Source: a virus. Taken from it: a stretch of DNA of 64,000 nt. A program made the position numbers and the translations under genes. Shown piece by piece: positions 46,683-56,200 of the stretch; the first letter of the stretch is position 1; each line of letters opens with the position of its first letter. Where the stretch lies: the IMG/VR virus record IMGVR_UViG_3300020182_000007. The stretch is one strand, 5' to 3'. A model generated the notes under the pieces. It was not told the DNA's origin, did not search any database, and saw only the letters and a list, made by a program, of their open reading frames with translations.

Positions 46683-46778
46683 TTTAGGTTTCCAAAGGAG
46701 AGATAAGGTTACAAGGTTTGGGGTTGGTCTTTAGGGCTAGAAATCATAGCTGCTAGGAAGAATGCGTCTACTATATAT

Positions 46779-47423
46779 CTATGAAATACCTTCTTTTAAT
46801 AAAGTAACAAGATAAAAAGAATCCACTAAATCATCAAGTGGCTTAGGAATCTTAGTTATATCCGGACCTAGCTCTGAATTACAATAAGAAATTAGTGCAG
46901 ATTTTTTACAATATGTATTACTTAAGAAAAACGGCCAAATGTCAGATTTACTCATATTACCTTTATTAATAAACTTTTTAATAGAGGTAGGAGCTATAGT
47001 TTGAAGATCTTCGGGTTTAAGAGTTTTTAAGAGCTTGAGTTTAAGAATAGCAGCTCCTGCTGCCATATCAATCATATTATTAGTACCCATCTTTGAACCA
47101 TAACTAGTACCTTCAAATGCAACAGTAAAAGAGTCTCCAGTAAAAGAATTCTGGAGAACTAAATTAATAATATCGTCAGCCATTTTATCGTACCTCTTAA
47201 TCTTTAAGAGTTCAGCACTAGAATATGATTCATCGTTGCTAAAATCTGGTTGATAAATTAAAGTAACGTCCTTAAGAAGAGATATTTCTTCTTGTAGTTT
47301 GCGCTCTTTTTTAGTTCCAGTACCTGGTTTAATATATGCTATAAAATGATATGTTTTACTTTTATCATTATATAAACATACCCCTGGAGAATTAAGAGAA
47401 AAGTCTACTGCTAAAAAATTCAT
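46779..47423 (-). CDS. RuvC-like (RNase H fold) resolvase/nuclease
   Basis: LAVDFSLNSPG, AFEG, DDLVDS acidic motifs. Confidence 0.7.
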   Translation of the reverse strand: MNFLAVDFSLNSPGVCLYNDKSKTYHFIAYIKPGTGTKKERKLQEEISLLKDVTLIYQPDFSNDESYSSAELLKIKRYDKMADDIINLVLQNSFTGDSFTVAFEGTSYGSKMGTNNMIDMAAGAAILKLKLLKTLKPEDLQTIAPTSIKKFINKGNMSKSDIWPFFLSNTYCKKSALISYCNSELGPDITKIPKPLDDLVDSFYLVTLLKEGIS

Positions 47424-47801
47424 TTATCTACCTTTACCTAGAGAAGCACCTAATGCAGCACCTACAAGTCTAGAAGTTAATAAATCGTAGAATATTCCTT
47501 TTTCAATTCCTAAAACTTTGGCAATCATTTTACCAACTGATTTACCGAGAGCAAATCCAGCAAGTCCTCCAAAAATAGAACCTAAAATACCTTCGTTAGT
47601 TAACTCATTATTAAATTTATTAACGTCAAGCTTACCGTCTTCATCAGAGTATTCATTAACGAATTCATTAATAGCTGCATCTACTTTAGCTTCTAATTCA
47701 GGAGTCCACTCTTCTTGTAGACCTTCGGTTAAAATTAATAAATCAGCATCAGTTATTTGCTGTTCTACTAAGTATTCTTTAAATGTTTTAATATCTTTCA
47801 T
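47424..47801 (-). CDS. Putative internal head protein with C-terminal glycine-zipper helices
   Basis: MKDIKTFKEYLVE start, then LTNE followed by GILGSIFGGLAGFALG...GAALGASLG. Confidence 0.6.
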   Translation of the reverse strand: MKDIKTFKEYLVEQQITDADLLILTEGLQEEWTPELEAKVDAAINEFVNEYSDEDGKLDVNKFNNELTNEGILGSIFGGLAGFALGKSVGKMIAKVLGIEKGIFYDLLTSRLVGAALGASLGKGR

Positions 47802-47813
47802 GATTTATATATT

Positions 47814-48365
47814 TTATTCTATTTCTAGTTTTAATTCTAACTTATTGTAATAGAAAGTAACTTCATATGTACTAAAATCAGCAACGTTCTCACTCATATT
47901 TAACGTAAGTTCATTAATTGAATTCATTATTGGGCTATTAAACTTTAAATATGCAACACTAGCACCTTCTGCGTCTAATATTCTAAGGGTTAGATCTTCA
48001 GTAAAAGCCTTCTTAGTCGACCTTGCGTAATAATATAATAGAGTGTCTTGCATTATCCAATAATTAATAAAACCATCAAGTAACTGCATTGTTACCGTAA
48101 ACTGTCTATCAATTGTATTTTGAATTGGTACAGCACCTCTATGATACCTAGTAGTACCATCGTTATCTGCTTGAGTAGTTGGATCAAAAGAAATTCCAGG
48201 TATATTTATACCCTGTACCGAATAATTAACAAAATCTATAGGTTCGGCCATTAAGTTGCCTGGAATCTTATTAAGATATTTTCGATACTTATCAGCTACC
48301 TCCTCTGGTATAAAGTTTCTAGGAAACCTAAAATCATATAAATTATTTCTACTATTTAATATCAT
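47814..48365 (-). CDS. Tail-tube-fold protein (gp3 tail completion-like)
   Basis: QGINIPG, FTVT..L....NY, LTL.ILD, VTF.Y pattern. TATAAATA at 48373-48380. Confidence 0.6.
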   Translation of the reverse strand: MILNSRNNLYDFRFPRNFIPEEVADKYRKYLNKIPGNLMAEPIDFVNYSVQGINIPGISFDPTTQADNDGTTRYHRGAVPIQNTIDRQFTVTMQLLDGFINYWIMQDTLLYYYARSTKKAFTEDLTLRILDAEGASVAYLKFNSPIMNSINELTLNMSENVADFSTYEVTFYYNKLELKLEIE

Positions 48366-48381
48366 CTATTATTATTTATAA

Positions 48382-50493
48382 TTATGAACCAAATTTATCG
48401 TAGAAACTACCACTAATAATCATAGTCTCTTCGCTACCGTTGTCGATAGCTATATAGAACACCTTATCCGACATTCCTAAAATTTCGCTTATATTTCCTT
48501 TATCTATTTTAAATAAAACCTCTCCAGATCCCATAAATACGTCTTTATTAGGAATGTGATTAAACTTTTTTCTGACATCTCCGCTAATAAAGTTAAGGCT
48601 AAGGTTTTCAGAAGAACTAAAGTCCATTAAGCTTACCGCATCTCCTTCTAATTTTCCTATTTTAAATTTGTAGTAATTAGTAAATGGAGAAACATTAATT
48701 GTCAATTCGCGTTCGCTTACAAATTGAGAAGGATCAGTCTCAGATACCTCATCTAGGTTATCAGTAGTACTTGTTGCTGCGAATGTAATTGGCGTAAACC
48801 CTGCAACTACGTTATGTCTCTCAATAAATGTAGAAACGTATTTTGTTGCTCTTGGTACAGATGCAGCAATAACATCTCTAACGCTTCTGTTTTGTGAAAG
48901 ATTAGGTAGTGTATTGAATACTTCAGTTACTGTATTATTTCCAGATATGTTTACTGATTGTATTCTATTGCCGTATTTTACAGCATTATTATATGTTAAA
49001 CTAGCTCTTTTTACGATTTGAGTATTATCAGTCTCATTATAAATCCTCATAACAACATCTATTGAGAAGTTTACTGCAACATTACTATTTATAACAACTG
49101 GTCTATAAATAATAGGAGTATCAAAATCTTCAGATTGAGTAAACGTCGTATCGTAAGTCTTAATTTGATTAAGACCAACTTGCTCATATTGAGTAACATC
49201 ATACATTACAATAATATCATCAGAAGATGTGTTAATTCTGTTTAGTATATATGACTCAAACGCGCTTGCCTCTCCGTCTCTTTCCCCATAAATATTAAAA
49301 TAATCCCCAATGCTTGATTCTTCAATAACTGCGGTAAAATCTTGGAATTCGTCTTCTCTTGAAACCGTAAAAGAATTCTCTTCTCCTAAATGAATGTAAT
49401 CATAGCCAGATTCGGTAGAAATTCTATCAATTAAACTAAACTTAATACCGTAGTTTGTAGTATCGCTTATATCAGAAGAACCAGGCGTGTTGTCACCATA
49501 GAAAAAATCATTAAATTCAGGATTTTGATTACCAAGAACTGTAGGAACTTTAATCTCAATAAACTTAGCAAATAAAGTTTCTCCTAGAATAAATGGATTA
49601 GGATTAGAAATTTCATAGTTCGACTGGTTTAAGTAAACAAGCTGCGTTAAATTGTTCTGTATTCCGGTTTCTCTATCCGCTAAAACTTGGAATAGAAATC
49701 CTTCATATCCTCTACTAGCAAAATTATACCCACTTCTTAAATGCAGCCTAATAGAATCATATCTAATAAAGTTAATATCTGCTGTAGCCAGACTCTGTGA
49801 TGTTAATAGATTAGCCTCATTTCCACCGGACCATCCAGCATTATTGTTAATATAATTAAACACTTGATACTCTCCGGTAGAATCATATCCTAAAAGCGCC
49901 CATTTTGTACTATCTCCAGATACCTGCACCGCATGGAATCTACCAATACCTTGGTTAATATCATTTCCAGTGTTTTCATCTGGATTAGCAAACAAAGGGT
50001 TTGCTTTTTCTGAAACATTAACAACCCCTCCCTTTAAAGAAATTGTGTTACTATCATAATAATATTCTACGCTTCCTGTAGAACTTGGCTTGTATGTTAG
50101 AATAGTATTACCTCCAATTACTGAATATGAACTAGTACCTAATGTTCCGGTAATTTTAAAATCAGAACCTATAGGAAGGGTACTTCCTGTCCCGTCTCCT
50201 ATATTAAATTTGTAGGTTTTACCAACCTGCAGTAATAGTTTTCTTGCTGCAAAATTTTCAATTGCAATATATCCAGCAGAATAGGTAACATCAAAATTTA
50301 CTACATCTCCTCCTAATTCTGAAATTAAATGTCTTTTTACAAAAGCGTTACCGTCAACCGTGTCAAGTACTTTGATTTCGCTCCCGTTGTCGTCAACCTC
50401 AATATCGTAATTATTGGGGTTTGTTTGATCGTGGTAGATGAACTCTAAAAGTACATCATTATCAATCCTAAAGTATGTCGATGACTGTGCCAT
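48382..50493 (-). CDS. Putative virion structural protein
   Basis: 703 aa, beta-rich, in the tail gene run. Confidence 0.55.
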   Translation of the reverse strand: MAQSSTYFRIDNDVLLEFIYHDQTNPNNYDIEVDDNGSEIKVLDTVDGNAFVKRHLISELGGDVVNFDVTYSAGYIAIENFAARKLLLQVGKTYKFNIGDGTGSTLPIGSDFKITGTLGTSSYSVIGGNTILTYKPSSTGSVEYYYDSNTISLKGGVVNVSEKANPLFANPDENTGNDINQGIGRFHAVQVSGDSTKWALLGYDSTGEYQVFNYINNNAGWSGGNEANLLTSQSLATADINFIRYDSIRLHLRSGYNFASRGYEGFLFQVLADRETGIQNNLTQLVYLNQSNYEISNPNPFILGETLFAKFIEIKVPTVLGNQNPEFNDFFYGDNTPGSSDISDTTNYGIKFSLIDRISTESGYDYIHLGEENSFTVSREDEFQDFTAVIEESSIGDYFNIYGERDGEASAFESYILNRINTSSDDIIVMYDVTQYEQVGLNQIKTYDTTFTQSEDFDTPIIYRPVVINSNVAVNFSIDVVMRIYNETDNTQIVKRASLTYNNAVKYGNRIQSVNISGNNTVTEVFNTLPNLSQNRSVRDVIAASVPRATKYVSTFIERHNVVAGFTPITFAATSTTDNLDEVSETDPSQFVSERELTINVSPFTNYYKFKIGKLEGDAVSLMDFSSSENLSLNFISGDVRKKFNHIPNKDVFMGSGEVLFKIDKGNISEILGMSDKVFYIAIDNGSEETMIISGSFYDKFGS

Positions 50494-50507
50494 TAATTAT
50501 TTTTATT

Positions 50508-51314
50508 TTAAAATCTCAACCATTTTGGAGAATAGAATAAACCTATACCGATCGAAGGACCTGTACTAATCACTTGATTGTTATTTAAATTTATTCCATA
50601 TCCAATTCCTACACCTATCGACCATCCAGCCTTCTTCTTGTATTCTTGGTTTAACTTATTATTTATCAAGTTTATATTTTCAATGTCCGTGATTATTAAT
50701 CCTGGATATTTAGTAGATATTTTAAGTTGATTTGATCCATTTACCTCCTCAACGGCAGCCATTAACTTCATAGTTTGCGTTAAATTAATAATAGGGTCTC
50801 CATATTTGTAGAAGCTATCATTTTTTACAATGCTAATTTCACCGTTAATAGATCTAGTATTACCGTTACCAAAATCATCAATCTTCTCAAATGTTAGTTT
50901 ACTATTTAAGCTATCTATTTTAACTATTGAAACATTTGCAATAATAGAATCTTTAAGTACTATATCAGCCGAGAGCAGAGAATTTACACGATTTAAGTCT
51001 TTATTAAGATTAAGAGACTTTTTGTATTTGTTTACCAAAATCCTTTGATCTTCCTTAAAATTGCTAATATCAAATTCATAACTTCTAATTGATGAAATTA
51101 AGCTTCCATTATCAGCGATAGTAGTTCTAATACTGTCTTTTGTTGCTAGATAGTTATTAAAGTTTCTATCAGAATCTTGCCTAGTAACTTTTAGATCATT
51201 TTTTAACTGCGAGTTCTTATTACATTGTTGTAAAAAAAGAAGCATCATTAGCGCACCAACTATAAATGTTATAGTTGTTCTATTCATCGTACTAAGTATT
51301 TTTAAAATTTTCAT
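50508..51314 (-). CDS. Spanin/lysis-like membrane protein (Bacteroidota-phage style)
   Basis: N-terminal transmembrane helix, coiled coil, C-terminal beta-hairpin GWSIGVGIGYG...GPSIGIGLFY. Confidence 0.5.
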   Translation of the reverse strand: MKILKILSTMNRTTITFIVGALMMLLFLQQCNKNSQLKNDLKVTRQDSDRNFNNYLATKDSIRTTIADNGSLISSIRSYEFDISNFKEDQRILVNKYKKSLNLNKDLNRVNSLLSADIVLKDSIIANVSIVKIDSLNSKLTFEKIDDFGNGNTRSINGEISIVKNDSFYKYGDPIINLTQTMKLMAAVEEVNGSNQLKISTKYPGLIITDIENINLINNKLNQEYKKKAGWSIGVGIGYGINLNNNQVISTGPSIGIGLFYSPKWLRF

Positions 51315-51327
51315 AATCTATATAATT

Positions 51328-53250
51328 TTAAGCCGGTCCATCAAATCCAGGTGCGCCAACAGCTGCCACTGTGTATGAGTTTCTCCCAGTGTTAATAGTA
51401 GATGGCATTGTAAAATTAAACATGAATACAGTGTTGTTATACATGTATAACACCCTTGACGCTTTCACCGTAGTAATCGTATGGTTAGCTACGTGCGTTG
51501 TAGAATTATAAGATGATACTGGCGTGTAATATAGTTTAATATAGTTTTTACCTGGCTCAATTATACCATATAATCCAGTCAATCCACTAGTGTTTGCTTG
51601 CATAAAGGTGCCACTACTATCAACACCGGTCTTGTCGTATCCAAGAAAGTATGCGCTAACATTTACATGTATTGGCTGATCTCCATCATTTTTAAATGGA
51701 AACTGCGCTGGATCTGACGTAGTTCCACTTGGTTCTCCAAGACCGATTATTAAATCATTATTCGAATTAGTAGGTGTAGCAATTCCACTCCAGCTTCCTG
51801 ATAATTGAAATTTATAGTGTCCATTTACCATAACCTGATTTCCTATTTTGGTCCAAGTTACTTTTGATTCAGCACTCTTAGTGTATTTAGTGATACCGCT
51901 TACAATACTCGGAATCCATGTAATAGCTCCATTAGAGGCCTGTCTTCCGAGAAAGTAAGTACCGGGGTGATGCACCGCGCTTGCTGCTTGCTTTGTTTCT
52001 GGAAAATATGATTGTTGATAAAAATAATCGTTTAAGTTTCTAAGTGACGTAGACGTGCCGTTGCTTGGTGAAGAATACGTAATTGTGTTTGCTGGAACGT
52101 TAAGGTTACTAGCTGGCTTTAGGCCTCCCGCAGGATATATAATACCTTCATCTCCTCCTAATATGTGTACATTTTTTGTATTCGCTATCTTTAAATCTTG
52201 CGTTACATTTACTACAGTTGTATTTAGGTCCATTATAGTTGATCCTCCTACAACGATGTTAACTTTATTATCTGCCGCCTCAGCATACGCAGCATTAGCT
52301 TGAACTGAAACATACGTAGTCTTTGTATTATTAGAAAGTTTAGTTAGATCTTTCCAAGAAGTACCCTCGTACCCTTCAAAAAGACCAGATCCATTATTGT
52401 ATCTAACCATACCAATTTGAGGTGACACGGGTCTCTGTGCTGTTGTCCCAACAGGTACCTTAATAAACCCATTACCTCCAAAGTAAGAATTTGCAGAAGA
52501 CGTTAAATCTCCAGATATGTTAACGGTACCAGATACCGTTATATTATCACTAAAAGTTACTGCCTTTGTAAAAGTAGATAATGGGTTAATCGTAATATCT
52601 CCTCCATCTAGAAATTCAATTCCATTTGTGTTTAGAATATCAATCTTGTTATACCCTTTAAGCTCTAATACATCGGATTCTATAGAAAGTTTAGTACTTG
52701 CGTTAACGTTATTTTCGGGCTGTATAAAAAAATGAGTACCTGCATTGTTGTTTCCGTCAAAGTTAGTAGTACCCGATCCTCTAATTGTAAGGTTATCATC
52801 TCCAATTAACCCGGTCATACCTGCGCCATCAGGCATCCATTTTTGAGAATATGCAAAACCAGTACTATTTTTAACAGTAAGCTGTGAGTTTGGGTTTAAT
52901 GCACCGGTGGTTGTTCCCTCTACGTAATCTGTATCTCCTATAAAAACAGCAGTTTCGCTCGATTTTGTACCATCCTTTGGTTTAATAACGAATGCATTTC
53001 CGTTAGTGTGAGTTTCTCTATCCCAGAAATTAGTAGAAGTACCTGTTGGTCCTGTATCTCCTTTGACTCCAGGGTCTCCAGTGTCTCCCTTAACTCCAGT
53101 AGCTCCAATATTACCAGTGCTTCCTTTTTCACCAGTCGGTCCTTGCTTCCCGCCGTTTGCTTGTACTTGATCAAAATTATAATTGATCTTACCCCATTTA
53201 ATTTGATCTGTATCTCCTGGGTAAAATATTTCTTTAATGTTAATTGGCAT
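51328..53250 (-). CDS. Tail fibre-like protein with collagen repeat
   Basis: G-X-Y run near the N-terminus and the PVGTTAQRP...GMVRYN...FEGY fibre motif. Confidence 0.75.
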   Translation of the reverse strand: MPINIKEIFYPGDTDQIKWGKINYNFDQVQANGGKQGPTGEKGSTGNIGATGVKGDTGDPGVKGDTGPTGTSTNFWDRETHTNGNAFVIKPKDGTKSSETAVFIGDTDYVEGTTTGALNPNSQLTVKNSTGFAYSQKWMPDGAGMTGLIGDDNLTIRGSGTTNFDGNNNAGTHFFIQPENNVNASTKLSIESDVLELKGYNKIDILNTNGIEFLDGGDITINPLSTFTKAVTFSDNITVSGTVNISGDLTSSANSYFGGNGFIKVPVGTTAQRPVSPQIGMVRYNNGSGLFEGYEGTSWKDLTKLSNNTKTTYVSVQANAAYAEAADNKVNIVVGGSTIMDLNTTVVNVTQDLKIANTKNVHILGGDEGIIYPAGGLKPASNLNVPANTITYSSPSNGTSTSLRNLNDYFYQQSYFPETKQAASAVHHPGTYFLGRQASNGAITWIPSIVSGITKYTKSAESKVTWTKIGNQVMVNGHYKFQLSGSWSGIATPTNSNNDLIIGLGEPSGTTSDPAQFPFKNDGDQPIHVNVSAYFLGYDKTGVDSSGTFMQANTSGLTGLYGIIEPGKNYIKLYYTPVSSYNSTTHVANHTITTVKASRVLYMYNNTVFMFNFTMPSTINTGRNSYTVAAVGAPGFDGPA

Positions 53251-53251
53251 G

Positions 53252-56200
53252 TTATGCTTGTATTTTTATCAAAGTTCTGATGCTATATGAATAGCCTAGT
53301 TCTTTATTATATATTAGTCTAAAATTAAGTGGCTTTTGTCCGTGCGCATTATACGTAAAATTTTGATCAGCAACATATCCGTTATCAATCAATTCTATTG
53401 AATCAGTAGATATAAACTCAGAAGGGTTGCCTTTATATTTTTTAGTATAAAGTTGTATATTTTCCATAACATATAATCCTACTATATTGTTAAGTGCGTA
53501 CTTTTTAATGTCATCTTCAACAGTGGTCTTATCTCCTTCAGAATTCTCTGGAGAAACAAATAGGTTAATTGTTTGTCTAAGACCATCATCTCCTATAACA
53601 CCAGCTATTAAATCTGAAAGATAGAAATCTGCAATAATACTATTGTTATCTTCAAAGAATACAACATTAGTTTTACTAGAATCATTAACTAATATTAAAT
53701 CTAACTCAGATTCACTGGTTACAGAAGAAGTCGTAAACTCTAATATAGAGTATGATGGTCTATATTTAACAAGAGCAGATGCTAAATAAGACTTTTCTTC
53801 GATTGTAGAAACAGTGCCTGGTAGATAATCTATGTTGCCTCCTGCCTTCGATCTAACATAATAGTTATCCTCCCATGCAGATTTAAAAACATTTCTGTCT
53901 TTTTTATCAATTGCAATTTCATTAATTAATGGATATTGAGGTAAATGCTCACTACTCTCAGAAAGTTTAGTAACTCCGGCAGTATTGATTTCATTTACTT
54001 TATGATAAAAATGATTCTTAATAATTCCCCAATCATTATCATATCTACCGTTGTCTGATATAAATCCAACATTAAATGAGGTACCAAGTCTATTATACTT
54101 ATTATAATAAGCGATTGACTTGTTGATTTCGTAATTAGTTGAAAGATTTAATTTATAATAAGGTTCTTTAAGAGCCTTGATATCATAATCATAACTTCTC
54201 TGATCTCTAATAATTTTATTAAATCCGTATACATCAGTAAACTCGACGACTGGCGTTGTTGAAATAGTATAGTTTCCGTTATGTCTAATTAAAAACGGAT
54301 AATATACATGCTCGTTAGTTAGTTCGTGACCTATTGTTTCTTTTTTTAACTTAAAACTTTTTGGAGTATCTTTGTCTATCTCCGTGACTAAAGTTGAATG
54401 TTTTACTACCTCATTGCCATTTTCAATAACTACCGTAAATTGATTTGCAGTTTCAGCACCGCTATCATCTATAGTTGTAAACTTAATCTCTCCAGTATTA
54501 TCTTTAAGCTTGTTATAAACTGTATTAGCAGATAAGTCTCTAAGCAGTGTTGAATGAGCGTTTACTCCTCCTTCTAAATAAGTGTAGCTAGCAGAAATTT
54601 GCGATTGCCCTGGTACCATGTATGGATTTATATTTTGTCTAGTTCCAGTAGGATGTTCTCCGACAGTGTAATAATAAGGAGGTCCATCAACTTGAATCTT
54701 ATTACTAGATATCACTTTAACGATATCTATAAAATATTCAACTGAGGATGTGTTTGATGGATCATAGTCTATTTTAATAGTGCCATATGTACCGTCAAAT
54801 GTTGGCGATATCTGAGTATCAAAGTTAGGTAAATTTCCATCAATATCGCTTACTCCATTAACAATGTATGGACCAGCTGCCCAGTTCGTTGATGTTATAT
54901 CAAGTGATCCGTCAACACTAACATCAGCATACTTATAATAGTTACCTCCACTTAAAGGATCAAACCCAGTTACTATTTTGTGTTGTAGTTCATATAGATA
55001 CTTCCTGTTCATGTAATTACCAACAAAAACATCTTGAATACTCAACTTAATAAAAAATATAATAAATTCAAATTTATCATTTTTAATAAATTCATACTCT
55101 ATATTATTTGAAGAAGCATTAGTATCAACTGTCACTAGCGTTGAGAATTTGTAACCGTTAAATTCAGAATCTTTAAAGAACTCTCCATTAATTAACGATT
55201 GTCCATCTTTTCTCTTCTTAAAAACAAATTTAAGTCCTTTAAAAATAGTACTCGCAAAATCTAAACTGTTTCCTCCTCTTGCTATAGTATATTTTTTATT
55301 TAATTTGGTCTTAGTATAGAACGATGTTTCTTTCACAGTAGAGTTATCTAACGAATCAATTAAAGCAACTGGAACCTCATGTCCTTCCGACACCATATAC
55401 ATATCGAAATAATCAACAGAAGTGTCAGTAAATATAGATCTTTCTATATCAACGCCATTTACAAAATTAACATAACTAAAGCCATCGTTATACATGTCAT
55501 ATTTCATATAATCTGGCCATTTGTCTAAGTAGAACCATTCATGAGAAAACGCTTCTCTATTTCTTCCTTCTATAGTAACATCAGGAGAAAAGTTGGTTCT
55601 TCCAAATGCCTCATTTGTGTTTAGATAATAAGGCTCTTCTCTAACGTTTGTTGTATCTTTAAGAGCCCACTTATTAATATCTGGAACAACTCTAGAGTTA
55701 GTAGAGTACTCTTTTAAAGAATTCTCATTTAATCTATCATATTCCGATTTGATGTCAACCTGGGTCACCTCAGTCGAATCCTCTCCATTTAGTAGAGGTT
55801 GTAGATTCGCAAAATATTTAATAGGATCGATGATAAAATCAGGATTAATTGTATTATCAGCCCCTAGATTACCCAACGACGCATCTTCATATGGCTGGTA
55901 GTTCATGTTTGATCTGGTCTCATATTCTAATTCTTTTAAATTAGAATTAGAAGTGTCATACGTATCAAAATTCATATCATGAATATCATATGCAGAGAAC
56001 ATACCAAGTGTCATCTTATTCTTAACGTATATTTCGTAGTTAGATGACGGCAATACATTCTTCTGTTGTAATATCACCTTATGATTTAAACTATTTTGAA
56101 TATCAGTGTCTTCTACGACATCAAGTACTAAATTATATGAATCCTTATAATTAGTAGGGATATAATCTCCTTTTTTAATTTCAGAAACAATAGATGAATC

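Noticed and set aside
46672-46734. 20 aa plus-strand peptide with an AAGGAG Shine-Dalgarno
   Set aside because: The SD and ATG lie inside the promoter spacer, upstream of the expected start site, and this genome does not otherwise use SD motifs.
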